DNA of 49,095 nucleotides from contig CAWHEU010000011.1 of NCBI GenBank assembly GCA_963828465.1, positions 1 to 49,095 of the forward strand, written 5' to 3'. Positions within the stretch are counted from its first letter, which is position 1. The number at the start of each line of letters is the position of its first letter. Shown in pieces: positions 10,204 through 20,657 of this stretch. Source of the stretch: an uncultured Acidobacteriota bacterium. GTDB lineage: Bacteria > Actinomycetota > Acidimicrobiia > Spongiisociales > ZC4RG35. The notes under the pieces are model-generated. The model made no database searches and had not been told where the DNA came from. It saw nothing but the letters and a program-made list of their open reading frames with translations. The position numbers and the translations under genes are program-made.

Positions 10204-11297
10204 CGGGGAACCACATCGTGACAACTGGCCGCAGGGTCACACCACTGGTCGTCGGTCTTGTTGCCGTTGTGCTCGCCTGCTTGTACGTGGCGAGCGAATT
10301 GTCCCGGGTCGATTGGGATGCGACTCATTTCGCGGCGTTCGGCGAAGACGCCACCGAGATCCGTGCCTACGCGGAGGAACGGCTCGGAGAAGTCATCGTG
10401 CGGGGTGACCTTGGTCACGACGGTCGCTTTTTCTTTGTGCAGGGGAATGATCCTTGGGTGTTGGAGCCTGAGGTGAATGCGGTGGTGTTGGACCGTCCGT
10501 TGTATCGAAGTCAGAGGATGTTCTATCCGCTCCTGGCTGGCGGGTTTGGCCTGCTCTCACCGGAAGGGGTGGTCTGGGGCCTGCTCGTGGTCAATGTGAT
10601 CGCGATGGGCTTGGGCACCTGGGCGGTTGCGGTGCTCGCCGTGGAGATGGGATTGTCCTCGTGGTGGGGTCTGGCCTTCCTGCTCAATATCGGGCTGGTC
10701 AGCGAGTTGAACATCGGTGGTGCCGGGATCGTGGCGGCGGCGGCGGCGTTTGGTGCCGTGGCCCTGTTCTCGAAGAACCGGTTTTGGTGGGGGGTGGGGT
10801 TGCTGGTCGTGGCGGCTCTGTCTCGAGAGGTGATGCTGCTGGTTGCGGCGGGATCGGCATGGTGGTGGTGGCGGATCCGTGGTGAGCGGGCCCGTGCCCT
10901 GTGGACCTTGCTCGTTCCGACTGCTGCTGTCGCCCTCTGGGCCCTGTATCTGAGATTGCAGATCAGCTCGGATGGGGGAGCCGGCGAGATCCAAGAGATC
11001 GGGCTCCCCTTCGTCGGGTTCTACCAAGCCCTCACCAACTACTGGATCGGTAACACGCTGGACCTCGTGATCGGAATCGCCATGTTGTTGATCCTGATCT
11101 TGTTCGGATACCGGGCCGTGATCCGCCGCGACCTGGTCTCGTGGGCATTCGTCGGCTTCACCCTCGTGGGCATTCTCCTGACGCAGCAGGTGTGGAGGAG
11201 CTACTTCGACATCACGCGAGGTGTTGCTCCTCTTATCACGGTTTTCGTTCTGATGGTCGTGGCGTCCCGAAGGTCATCGTCCGGGACGACCGAGTGA
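10200..11297 (+). CDS. Polytopic membrane protein, putative GT-C-type glycopolymer formation protein (paralog 1)
   Basis: GHDGRFF...YRSQRMFYPLLA luminal loop and SRE motif with multiple TM helices. Resembles the AZOBR_p60025-type family (from memory). Confidence 0.7.
   Translation: MTGNHIVTTGRRVTPLVVGLVAVVLACLYVASELSRVDWDATHFAAFGEDATEIRAYAEERLGEVIVRGDLGHDGRFFFVQGNDPWVLEPEVNAVVLDRPLYRSQRMFYPLLAGGFGLLSPEGVVWGLLVVNVIAMGLGTWAVAVLAVEMGLSSWWGLAFLLNIGLVSELNIGGAGIVAAAAAFGAVALFSKNRFWWGVGLLVVAALSREVMLLVAAGSAWWWWRIRGERARALWTLLVPTAAVALWALYLRLQISSDGGAGEIQEIGLPFVGFYQALTNYWIGNTLDLVIGIAMLLILILFGYRAVIRRDLVSWAFVGFTLVGILLTQQVWRSYFDITRGVAPLITVFVLMVVASRRSSSGTTE
10431..11050 (+). repeat. 620-bp direct repeat, copy 1
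   Basis: Identical to 11525-12144 (offset 1094) apart from C10586/T11680. Confidence 0.95.
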
Positions 11298-12406
11298 GTT
11301 CGGTCGAGGGCGCAGCGTCGGGCCGGCGACCGCAGCCGATCTGGATCGGACTGGTGGGCATGACCCTTGCCGCCCTCAGTGTCGTCTGGATCCTTTCGCA
11401 GGTTGACTGGGACGCAACGATCTTTGCGGGCTTCGGCGAAGACGCCCAGCCGACCCGCCTGTACGCCGAGGAAAGGATCGGTGAGGTATTCCTTCGGTCC
11501 GGTCAAGGTCACGACGGCAAGTACTTCTTTGTGCAGGGGAATGATCCTTGGGTGTTGGAGCCTGAGGTGAATGCGGTGGTGTTGGACCGTCCGTTGTATC
11601 GAAGTCAGAGGATGTTCTATCCGCTCCTGGCTGGCGGGTTTGGCCTGCTCTCACCGGAAGGGGTGGTCTGGGGCCTGCTTGTGGTCAATGTGATCGCGAT
11701 GGGCTTGGGCACCTGGGCGGTTGCGGTGCTCGCCGTGGAGATGGGATTGTCCTCGTGGTGGGGTCTGGCCTTCCTGCTCAATATCGGGCTGGTCAGCGAG
11801 TTGAACATCGGTGGTGCCGGGATCGTGGCGGCGGCGGCGGCGTTTGGTGCCGTGGCCCTGTTCTCGAAGAACCGGTTTTGGTGGGGGGTGGGGTTGCTGG
11901 TCGTGGCGGCTCTGTCTCGAGAGGTGATGCTGCTGGTTGCGGCGGGATCGGCATGGTGGTGGTGGCGGATCCGTGGTGAGCGGGCCCGTGCCCTGTGGAC
12001 CTTGCTCGTTCCGACTGCTGCTGTCGCCCTCTGGGCCCTGTATCTGAGATTGCAGATCAGCTCGGATGGGGGAGCCGGCGAGATCCAAGAGATCGGGCTC
12101 CCCTTCGTCGGGTTCTACCAAGCCCTCACCAACTACTGGATCGGCGGCAGCGTCGAGGATCTGGTGGTCGGCGTAGGTCTCATGATTCTCTTGTTCGTCT
12201 TCGTCCGGCGGGTGGTCGTATCCAAGGACCTCGTCGGATGGGCCTTCTTGCCCTTCGCGGTGCTTGGAATCCTGCTCACCGAGCAGGTGTGGAGGAGTTA
12301 CTTCGACATCACCAGGGCAATCGCGCCGGTGATCACCTCATTCGTGCTGCTGGTATTCGCGGACCGGGCGAATCGAACTCGATCAAAGGCCCTTCACTCG
12401 GGGTGA
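11294..12406 (+). CDS. Polytopic membrane protein, putative GT-C-type glycopolymer formation protein (paralog 2)
   Basis: GTG 11294 overlaps the paralog 1 stop (GTGA); GHDGKYF...YRSQRMFYPLLA. Confidence 0.7.
   Translation: MSSVEGAASGRRPQPIWIGLVGMTLAALSVVWILSQVDWDATIFAGFGEDAQPTRLYAEERIGEVFLRSGQGHDGKYFFVQGNDPWVLEPEVNAVVLDRPLYRSQRMFYPLLAGGFGLLSPEGVVWGLLVVNVIAMGLGTWAVAVLAVEMGLSSWWGLAFLLNIGLVSELNIGGAGIVAAAAAFGAVALFSKNRFWWGVGLLVVAALSREVMLLVAAGSAWWWWRIRGERARALWTLLVPTAAVALWALYLRLQISSDGGAGEIQEIGLPFVGFYQALTNYWIGGSVEDLVVGVGLMILLFVFVRRVVVSKDLVGWAFLPFAVLGILLTEQVWRSYFDITRAIAPVITSFVLLVFADRANRTRSKALHSG
11525..12144 (+). repeat. 620-bp direct repeat, copy 2
   Basis: Matches 10431-11050 at 619/620 positions by eye. 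Confidence 0.95.
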
Positions 12407-12408
12407 AA

Positions 12409-12422
12409 CGAACAGGTGTTCG
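12409..12422. promoter_or_regulatory. LexA (SOS) box upstream of uvrA
   Basis: CGAACAGGTGTTCG matches the Gram-positive consensus CGAAC-N4-GTTCG. It lies about 15 nt upstream of a TACACT -10 candidate (12437-12442). Confidence 0.8.
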
Positions 12423-12472
12423 CCGCCGATCTGGATTACACTGTCGTAACTCAGGCGACCACCAGGCGGAGC

Positions 12473-15295
12473 GTGTCCACCGACTCGATTCTTATCAGGG
12501 GCGCCCGTGAGCACAACCTGAAGAACCTCACGGTCGAGCTGCCCCGCAACAAACTCATCGTCTTCACCGGTCTCTCCGGGTCGGGCAAGTCGTCGCTGGC
12601 CTTCGACACGATCTATGCCGAGGGGCAGCGCCGCTATGTCGAATCGTTGTCCGCTTATGCCCGCCAGTTCCTGGGGCAGATGGACAAGCCCGATGTCGAC
12701 TTCATCGACGGGCTGTCCCCGGCGATCTCGATCGACCAGAAGACTGCCTCGCGCAACCCACGGTCGACGGTGGGGACGGTCACCGAGGTGCACGACTACT
12801 TGCGTCTTCTCTATGCCCGGATCGGCATCGCCCACTGTCCCAAAGACGGGACTCCCGTCGAGCGTCAGACCCCCCAGCAGATCGTCGACCGCATCCTTGA
12901 GCTTCCCGAGGGCACCAGGTTCCAGGTCCTGGCTCCGGTGGTGAGGGGGCGGAAGGGCGAGTACGAAAGCCTCCTCGCCGACTTGGCCAAAGAGGGCTTT
13001 GCCCGGGCCCGGGTCGATGGCGAGGTCAGAGAGCTGACCGAAGAGATCAAGCTCGACCGCTATCACCAGCACACCATCGAGGTCGTAGTCGATCGTCTCG
13101 TCCGCAAGGAGGGGATGGAGCAGAGGCTGACCCAGTCACTCGAGACTGCCCTCACCCTGACCGAGGGCACCGCCGACATCGAGATCGTCGACGGGGCGAC
13201 TCTCACGTTCTCCCAACACCTGTCCTGTCCGAAATGCGGTCTTTCCTTCGAAGACCTGCAGCCTCGCAACTTCTCCTTCAACAGCCCGTACGGGGCGTGC
13301 ACGGTGTGCTCAGGGATCGGCACCAGGTATCAGGTTGATGCGGAGTTGGTGATCGCAGACCCGGGCTTGTCGCTCGGTGAGGGCGTGATCCCGATGTGGT
13401 CGTCGAACAGGATGCGCTACTACCACCGGCTGCTGACCGGTCTCGGCGAGGTGTTCGGCTTCTCGATGGACACCGCATGGAAGGACCTGCCCGAAGACAT
13501 TCAACAGAAGATCCTCTACGGCACCGGTGAGGACAAGATCACCATCAAGTACACCAACCGTTTCGGCCGCAAGCGACAGTGGCAGGCCACCTTCGAAGGG
13601 GCCATCCCGTTCCTGAACCGTCGTCACGAGTCGGCCGAAAGCGAGTCGGCTCGGGAGTACTACCAGGAGTACATGGCTGAGGTTCCATGTGAGGCGTGCG
13701 GCGGCGGGCGGCTCAATCCCATCTCCCTCGCCGTCACGATCGCCGATCGCAATATTGCCGAGGTCTCCGATCTTGCTCTCGGCCAGGCCAAGGAGTTCTT
13801 CGAGGATCTCGAGCTCAGCGACCGGGAGCGAGCCATCGCCGAGCGCGTGCTCAAGGAGGTCAAGGCGAGGATCCAGTTCCTCCTCGATGTGGGGCTCGAC
13901 TATCTGTCGCTGAGCCGATCGGCGGCGACTCTGGCCGGGGGAGAAGCGCAACGAATCAGACTCGCCACCCAGATCGGCTCCGGTCTCGTCGGTGTCCTTT
14001 ACATCCTCGACGAACCCTCCATCGGGCTGCACCAGCGGGACAACCAACGTCTGATCGAGACGCTGCTCCGGCTCCGCGACCTCGGAAACACCTTGATCGT
14101 GGTCGAGCACGACGAGGACACCATCCGGGTGGCCGACCACATCGTCGACATCGGCCCGGGAGCCGGCGAACACGGGGGTCACGTCGTTGCCGAGGGCACG
14201 CTGGCCAACATCACCGCGGCGCCTGATTCGATCACCGGGGATTATTTGGCCGGGCGTCGCCAGATCCCGGTCCCGTTCATCCGGAGGCAGGGAAACGGTG
14301 AGGAGATCACGATCCGAGGCGCCACCGAGAACAACCTTCAGGGGATCGACGTCGCTTTCCCGCTCGGGATGTTCACCGCGGTCACCGGGGTGTCCGGGTC
14401 GGGGAAATCCACCCTGATCGAAGAGATCCTGTGGAAGGCATTGGCCAACCGGGTGAATCGGGCCAGGGTCGTGCCGGGCCGGCACAAGAAGATCGAGGGG
14501 ATCGAGCAAATCGACAAGGTGATCGATATAGACCAGTCCCCGATCGGCCGCACTCCGAGGTCCAACCCGGCGACCTACACCAAGCTCTTCGACCAGATCA
14601 GGTCTCTCTTCGCCCAGACGCCCGAGGCGAGGGCGCGTGGGTACAAGCCGGGGCGCTTCTCGTTCAACGTCAAGGGCGGGCGATGTGAGGCATGCGCCGG
14701 CGACGGCACAATCAAGATCGAGATGCACTTCCTGCCCGATGTGTATGTGCCCTGTGAGGTGTGCGGTGGCCGGCGCTACAACAGGGAGACGCTGGAAATC
14801 CTCTGGAAAGGGCACGACATCTCTGATGTGCTCGAGATGTCGGTCGAGGAAGCTCTCGGGTTCTTCGAGAACCAGCCCAAGATCGTCCGCGTTCTGCAAA
14901 CGTTGTATGACGTCGGTCTTGGGTACGTGAGGCTGGGTCAGCCGGCGACGACCCTGTCCGGTGGCGAGGCGCAGCGGATCAAGCTTTCCTCAGAGCTGGG
15001 ACGGCGCTCCACCGGGCGCACCCTTTACATCCTCGACGAGCCAACCACCGGGCTCCACTTCGAGGATATCCGAAAGCTGCTCCAGGTCCTGCAACGTCTG
15101 GTTGATGCAGGCAACACGGTGGTTGTGATCGAGCACAACCTCGACGTCATCAAGTCCGTCGACCATGTCATCGACCTGGGTCCCGAGGGGGGCAGCGGCG
15201 GGGGACGGGTGCTTGCCATCGGCACTCCCGAGGAGGTCGCCCAGGTGGGGGAGAGCTACACCGGAAAATTCCTCCGAGAACTGGTTGGGGGCTGA
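12473..15295 (+). CDS. uvrA: Excinuclease ABC subunit A
   Basis: GAREHNLK, two ABC cassettes ([32 protein letters not shown]) and Zn fingers. Start placed at GTG 12473 after AGGCGGAG. Confidence 0.99.
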   Translation: MSTDSILIRGAREHNLKNLTVELPRNKLIVFTGLSGSGKSSLAFDTIYAEGQRRYVESLSAYARQFLGQMDKPDVDFIDGLSPAISIDQKTASRNPRSTVGTVTEVHDYLRLLYARIGIAHCPKDGTPVERQTPQQIVDRILELPEGTRFQVLAPVVRGRKGEYESLLADLAKEGFARARVDGEVRELTEEIKLDRYHQHTIEVVVDRLVRKEGMEQRLTQSLETALTLTEGTADIEIVDGATLTFSQHLSCPKCGLSFEDLQPRNFSFNSPYGACTVCSGIGTRYQVDAELVIADPGLSLGEGVIPMWSSNRMRYYHRLLTGLGEVFGFSMDTAWKDLPEDIQQKILYGTGEDKITIKYTNRFGRKRQWQATFEGAIPFLNRRHESAESESAREYYQEYMAEVPCEACGGGRLNPISLAVTIADRNIAEVSDLALGQAKEFFEDLELSDRERAIAERVLKEVKARIQFLLDVGLDYLSLSRSAATLAGGEAQRIRLATQIGSGLVGVLYILDEPSIGLHQRDNQRLIETLLRLRDLGNTLIVVEHDEDTIRVADHIVDIGPGAGEHGGHVVAEGTLANITAAPDSITGDYLAGRRQIPVPFIRRQGNGEEITIRGATENNLQGIDVAFPLGMFTAVTGVSGSGKSTLIEEILWKALANRVNRARVVPGRHKKIEGIEQIDKVIDIDQSPIGRTPRSNPATYTKLFDQIRSLFAQTPEARARGYKPGRFSFNVKGGRCEACAGDGTIKIEMHFLPDVYVPCEVCGGRRYNRETLEILWKGHDISDVLEMSVEEALGFFENQPKIVRVLQTLYDVGLGYVRLGQPATTLSGGEAQRIKLSSELGRRSTGRTLYILDEPTTGLHFEDIRKLLQVLQRLVDAGNTVVVIEHNLDVIKSVDHVIDLGPEGGSGGGRVLAIGTPEEVAQVGESYTGKFLRELVGG

Positions 15296-15322
15296 CCAAA
15301 ACCTGCCGATGTTCAAGCCCGA

Positions 15323-16717
15323 ATGTTTTTCAACTCGATCGCGTTCGCCCTCTTCCTTCCCACGGTCGTGGGTCTGTATTGGGCATTCCCTCGACGATGG
15401 AGAGTCCCGCTCCTTCTGATCGCCTCATACGTCTTCTATGGCTGGTGGGACGTCAGATTCCTCGTATTGATCATGATCTCCACGGTTGTCGACTGGTTTG
15501 TCGCCAAACGACTCGGCGCCATGCCGGACGGGACGCGGCGGCGGCGATGGCTGTGGATCAGCCTCGTCGGTAACCTCGGGATGCTCGCCTTTTTCAAGTA
15601 CTGGAACTTCTTCACCGATTCTGCGGCGAACCTTCTGACCTCCTTGGGTCTCGAGCCCAATCTCCCAATGTTGCGGATCATCCTCCCCGTCGGCATCTCG
15701 TTCTACACATTCCAAACGCTTTCTTACGTCATCGACGTCTATCGACGAGACCTCGAGCCTGAGCCCAGCCTGGTCCAGTTCGCCCTGTTCGTCTCCTTCT
15801 TCCCTCAGCTCGTGGCTGGGCCGATCGAGAGGGCGAAGCACCTCCTCCCCCAGCTGCGGGACCTACCCACCTCGATGCGACAGATCGATTGGTCAGGCTC
15901 GGCGCTCCTCATTCTCCGAGGCCTCTTCCGCAAGGTCGTGATCGCCGACGGGGTTGCGCCACTGGTAAACGAGGTGTTTGCAAAACCAGGCACCTACGGG
16001 AGTGTCACCGTGGCCGTTGGGGTCATCGCCTTTTCTCTCCAGATCTACGGGGATTTCGCCGGTTACACCGATATCGCCCGCGGCACCGCTCGCCTGTTCA
16101 ACGTTGACCTGATGGCGAACTTCAAGGCGCCATATCTGTCAAAGGGGTTCAGTGAGTTCTGGCGTCGCTGGCACATCTCTTTGTCTACGTGGCTGCGCGA
16201 CTACCTGTACGTCCCACTCGGAGGGAATCGTGGCACGCGTTGGGAGACTTATCGCAACCTCGGGATAACGATGCTCCTCGGCGGGCTGTGGCACGGGGCG
16301 GCATGGGGTTTCGTGGTTTGGGGCGCTTTACACGGGGCATACCTCGTGATCGAACGTTGGTGGTCCCGAGACCGCAAGGGCGCAACGGGGTCGGTGTCGC
16401 TGCCGGTGTTGTTGGTCTTCGGGATCGTGACGCTCACGTGGATTCCCTTCCGGGCCCCAAACCTGGCCCAGGCCTGGGATGTCGTCCAAGCCCTTTTCGG
16501 TCCTCTGGCGGGGACCCAATTGGTCGCGGCCCCGCTGGTCGTCGGTTTGATGGGATTGCTCACAATCGTCATCGACAAAGCCGACCTCCGAGGACGTATC
16601 AACCCTGTCGGTGACGCCCCCTCACTGGTAAGAGGTGTCGCCTATGGCGGGGCAATGGTCACCGCAATCTTTTTCGCTTCCGTCACCGCCGTTCCGTTCA
16701 TCTACTTCCAGTTCTGA
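15323..16717 (+). CDS. MBOAT family O-acyltransferase (AlgI/PatA/DltB-like)
   Basis: MFFNS, SYVFYGWWD, LPVGISFYTFQ, FFPQLVAGPI, EFWRRWHISLSTWLRDY, GLWHGA, C-terminal FIYFQF. Confidence 0.95.
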   Translation: MFFNSIAFALFLPTVVGLYWAFPRRWRVPLLLIASYVFYGWWDVRFLVLIMISTVVDWFVAKRLGAMPDGTRRRRWLWISLVGNLGMLAFFKYWNFFTDSAANLLTSLGLEPNLPMLRIILPVGISFYTFQTLSYVIDVYRRDLEPEPSLVQFALFVSFFPQLVAGPIERAKHLLPQLRDLPTSMRQIDWSGSALLILRGLFRKVVIADGVAPLVNEVFAKPGTYGSVTVAVGVIAFSLQIYGDFAGYTDIARGTARLFNVDLMANFKAPYLSKGFSEFWRRWHISLSTWLRDYLYVPLGGNRGTRWETYRNLGITMLLGGLWHGAAWGFVVWGALHGAYLVIERWWSRDRKGATGSVSLPVLLVFGIVTLTWIPFRAPNLAQAWDVVQALFGPLAGTQLVAAPLVVGLMGLLTIVIDKADLRGRINPVGDAPSLVRGVAYGGAMVTAIFFASVTAVPFIYFQF

Positions 16718-16719
16718 AA

Positions 16720-17655
16720 ATGAGATCCAGACACAAAATCGCTTGGGTGACCATCGGGGTGGTCCTCACCCTTGCCGTGGCCGAGGTTGGTTTGCGGACG
16801 TTTGGCGATAGGTTGCCCGCCAGTACCGATTGGCCCACCGTCGAGACAGGTGTCAAGTACGAGCTCTTGCGTCAGATACCAGAGGCCGATGTCGTCTTCC
16901 TTGGCTCGAGCATCACCGAAGCGGCGGTCGACCCGACCGAGTTTGCCGACGCGTCGGGAGTGGGTAGCGCCTTCAACTCTGGGATACCGTTCTCAAGCCC
17001 GTTCTCGAACGAGTGGTGGCTGAACGAGGTAGTGCTGGGGAACGTCGAGCCCAAACTCGTGGTGATCGGTTTGACGGCATGGTCGGGGGGTCGGGGTGCA
17101 GAACGCGATCCGCTGCTCCCGGGCCTGCAATTGGCGCTCGATTCAGGAGATGATGCACCGTTGGCCCTTCTCAGGCAGGCCGGCGTCCTGTCGGAATGGG
17201 ACAGGAGAATGGCGGATGAGACAGCGAGGGCTTTCCTGACCGACCTGGGTCACCAAACTGGCTACTACGAGAGGTCGATCGACGACGCCACCCCTCTCGA
17301 CCTACCGACCGGTCCGAGCGAAATGCCTGAGGACGAGGCTGCCGCTGTGCGCCGGATGATCGACACTTTGAATGAGCGCGGAATCGACGCGATTGTCCTA
17401 ATCGAGCCCGGTCGCTATCCCGGGGACAACGGAACAATCGACTACGAGCGTTATATCGCGTCCGTTCTTCGACATGAGGACGACTGGGGGGTGCCTGTAG
17501 TGGACACCTTCAACCAAGGTTGGGACAGTTCGTTGTTTGCAGATCTTGCCCATTTCAACAGGCTGGGGACGGAGTCTTACACCGCCTACGTGGCGCGGAC
17601 GATCACCAGGCTGCAGACCGCCGAAGATCATCCGCGTCATGCAAACGTTGGATGA
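16720..17655 (+). CDS. SGNH-hydrolase-like acyl-transfer partner of the MBOAT (AlgJ/DltD/DUF1574-like)
   Basis: N-terminal membrane anchor, VVFLGSS block I and FADLAHFN (DxxH); starts 2 nt after the MBOAT stop. Confidence 0.75.
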   Translation: MRSRHKIAWVTIGVVLTLAVAEVGLRTFGDRLPASTDWPTVETGVKYELLRQIPEADVVFLGSSITEAAVDPTEFADASGVGSAFNSGIPFSSPFSNEWWLNEVVLGNVEPKLVVIGLTAWSGGRGAERDPLLPGLQLALDSGDDAPLALLRQAGVLSEWDRRMADETARAFLTDLGHQTGYYERSIDDATPLDLPTGPSEMPEDEAAAVRRMIDTLNERGIDAIVLIEPGRYPGDNGTIDYERYIASVLRHEDDWGVPVVDTFNQGWDSSLFADLAHFNRLGTESYTAYVARTITRLQTAEDHPRHANVG

Positions 17656-17749
17656 CGTCGGTCTTGGCTACGTGAGGCTCGGTCAGCCGGCGACGAACCT
17701 GTCCGGTGGACGGGCGCAGCCGATCTGGATCTCCTCGGAGCTCGGACAG
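17620..17749 (+). pseudogene. Degenerate duplicate of part of the uvrA 3' region
   Basis: Ungapped match to 14875-15004 with 19 mismatches in 130 nt (hand count). Reads [33 protein letters not shown]. Confidence 0.9.
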
Positions 17750-17802
17750 GGTCTACCAGGCTGCTTCCGGTGATGTGGGCATTGGCCCAGATCACCGGCG
17801 GA

Positions 17803-18864
17803 TCAACGGCCGATGGAGTCGGGCAGGTCTCCGATGGGCTCATCAGACTCAAGCTCGGAAGGTGGCCGTCCCCAACCCAGGGCGATGAGGACCACCAGAG
17901 GAGCGAACACCCGCGCCGCGTTGTTGCCGAAGTCCCAAACCCAGTTCGAGGAGATCAGCGCCAACCCTGACCATCCCAGAATCGGCCACATCAGCCAGCC
18001 TCGTCTGATCAGGGCGAAAGCGATACCGGCGGCGACACTGATTAGAGCAAACAGGAGGTAGAACCAGTTCTCGCCGGAGAGAGCCGCCCAGTTCGATGAG
18101 GCGTCGACGAGGCCAACGAACGGCAAGGCGAGGTTGTCCCGGGCAACAAATCCCTGGCCCATGGTCACAGTGAGCCACGTCATCCAGGCCAGCAGGGCTA
18201 CCAACGGCACCGCTAACAGGGCCCAGCGGCGACGATCCCGACTCATGGCAAGCCCAGCCGGAGTTACCAAGTACACATCTTTGGCGAGGACCGATAGCGC
18301 GAAGGGAATCTCGGCCCTGCTCCATCGTGCCGCCAGTAACGCAAGCCCGAGACACATGAGCGCCAGGGCAGGGGTATCCGATGTGAGCAAGCGTACCGAG
18401 AGCCACACCCCGGGGTTCAGGATTACGGTCAATGCAAGCCACGGGCGCAAACCGGTGCGTACAGCGGTGGCACCCACGCAACCGGCGGCCAGACCGGTCG
18501 CTGCGATTGTGAGTGCGATCATCCCGTATAGAAGTGCGTGACCTTCGAGCTGGCCGAATCCTGAAGCAAGAAGGGGAAAGAGGATGCGTCGATAGCGATA
18601 GGCGGCATGATCGAGCAGGGGGCCGACCTGGTCGCCATTCAGATCCAGCCCGATCGTGTAGTAGATCTGTCCGTCGTGTCCGGCACCCGGAGCGAGTGGC
18701 ACGAGACCAAGCTGCTCCTCGATCAACGGACGCAACGAGCTGGATTCACCGACCTGAAGCAGACCTTCCGGGCCGCCGACAACTGCGGCCTGTGAAACAA
18801 TCAACATGGCGGCGACCACCGAGCCCACGACAGCCCACCTGAGGAATGCGCTTCGCGGAGTCAC
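17803..18864 (-). CDS. Polytopic membrane protein, putative GT-C-type glycopolymer formation protein (paralog 3)
   Basis: GHDGQIYY...[12 protein letters not shown] and AKD motif; same architecture as the 10200 and 11294 genes but diverged. Confidence 0.7.
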   Translation of the reverse strand: MTPRSAFLRWAVVGSVVAAMLIVSQAAVVGGPEGLLQVGESSSLRPLIEEQLGLVPLAPGAGHDGQIYYTIGLDLNGDQVGPLLDHAAYRYRRILFPLLASGFGQLEGHALLYGMIALTIAATGLAAGCVGATAVRTGLRPWLALTVILNPGVWLSVRLLTSDTPALALMCLGLALLAARWSRAEIPFALSVLAKDVYLVTPAGLAMSRDRRRWALLAVPLVALLAWMTWLTVTMGQGFVARDNLALPFVGLVDASSNWAALSGENWFYLLFALISVAAGIAFALIRRGWLMWPILGWSGLALISSNWVWDFGNNAARVFAPLVVLIALGWGRPPSELESDEPIGDLPDSIGR

Positions 18865-18959
18865 AGCTGCAAGTTTTCCATCAACCAGGTCGACATCGAA
18901 GCTTTACCCTCCGTCAAGGCTGCCGATATAGCCTGATACCCGCTTTGGAAGGATCTGAC

Positions 18960-19946
<987 letters not shown>

Positions 19947-19976
19947 CTGTGTTGTCCGACGGGGCACAATTCACTG

Positions 19977-20651
19977 ATGTCGTGGTCCGATCTGTCCGAT
20001 TGGTGGGTCACCGAGATCGAAGACGATCCCGCCTACGAGACCGTGGTCAACCCGATGCTCCTCGATGTCCTCCGGCCCCAGGCTGGGCGGACCTATCTCG
20101 ACCTCGGGTGTGGCGAAGGGCGCGTCATGCGAGCTCTGAAGGAATCCGGTGCGGTCGCACACGGCGTGGACCTGACCCTCGCCCTTGCCCGACGAGCCGC
20201 CGATTCGGGACCGGTCGTCCTCGGCCGGCTACCCGACCTTGGGTTCCTCCGCGACGATTCTTATGACGGGGCCTTTTGTGTCCTGGCTCTCGAGCACTTC
20301 GAGGACGAGGTACGGCTCTTTGCGGAATCAGCGCGAGTGGTCCGACCAAGGGGCGTCTTCGCACTGGTGATCAATCATCCGTTTCGGACTGCTCCCGGAG
20401 CCACCCCGATCTCCGATTCCGATGGTGAGACTTTGTGGCGGCCGGGCGAGTACTTCTCCTCGGGGACGACATTGGAACCGGCGGGCGAGGGGCAGATGCT
20501 GTTCCATCATCGGAATACCGCCAGAATCCTCGAGTCGGCGGCGGCCGTGGGTTGGTACTTGGAGCGATTCATCGAGGCTCCCCACCACGAACTGGACGAC
20601 CAGGCAGGGATTCCGAGACTGCTGGCTTGTCGTTGGCGCCTCCTACCCTGA
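19977..20651 (+). CDS. Class I SAM-dependent methyltransferase
   Basis: YLDLGCGEG, GVD, LALEHF, RVVRPRG, INHP. Confidence 0.88.
   Translation: MSWSDLSDWWVTEIEDDPAYETVVNPMLLDVLRPQAGRTYLDLGCGEGRVMRALKESGAVAHGVDLTLALARRAADSGPVVLGRLPDLGFLRDDSYDGAFCVLALEHFEDEVRLFAESARVVRPRGVFALVINHPFRTAPGATPISDSDGETLWRPGEYFSSGTTLEPAGEGQMLFHHRNTARILESAAAVGWYLERFIEAPHHELDDQAGIPRLLACRWRLLP
20627..20649 (+). promoter_or_regulatory. RecA-NDp/PafBC-like promoter of uvrC (TTGTCG-N11-TACCCT)
   Basis: TGTC 20628-20631, 12 nt, TACCCT 20644-20649, GTG start 8 nt later. Confidence 0.65.
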
Positions 20652-20657
20652 GTAGGC

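Noticed and set aside
11331-11347. 17-mer CGCAGCCGATCTGGATC shared with 17715-17731 in the uvrA remnant
   Set aside because: One 17-nt match in 49 kb of high-GC DNA is plausible by chance, and no flanking similarity or mechanism is evident.
13310-14899. Long antisense ORFs (529 aa opposite uvrA, and similar ones opposite the MFS, arc, dop, pafA and helY genes)
   Set aside because: They are shadows of high-GC codon bias on the strand opposite well-supported genes and carry no recognisable motifs.
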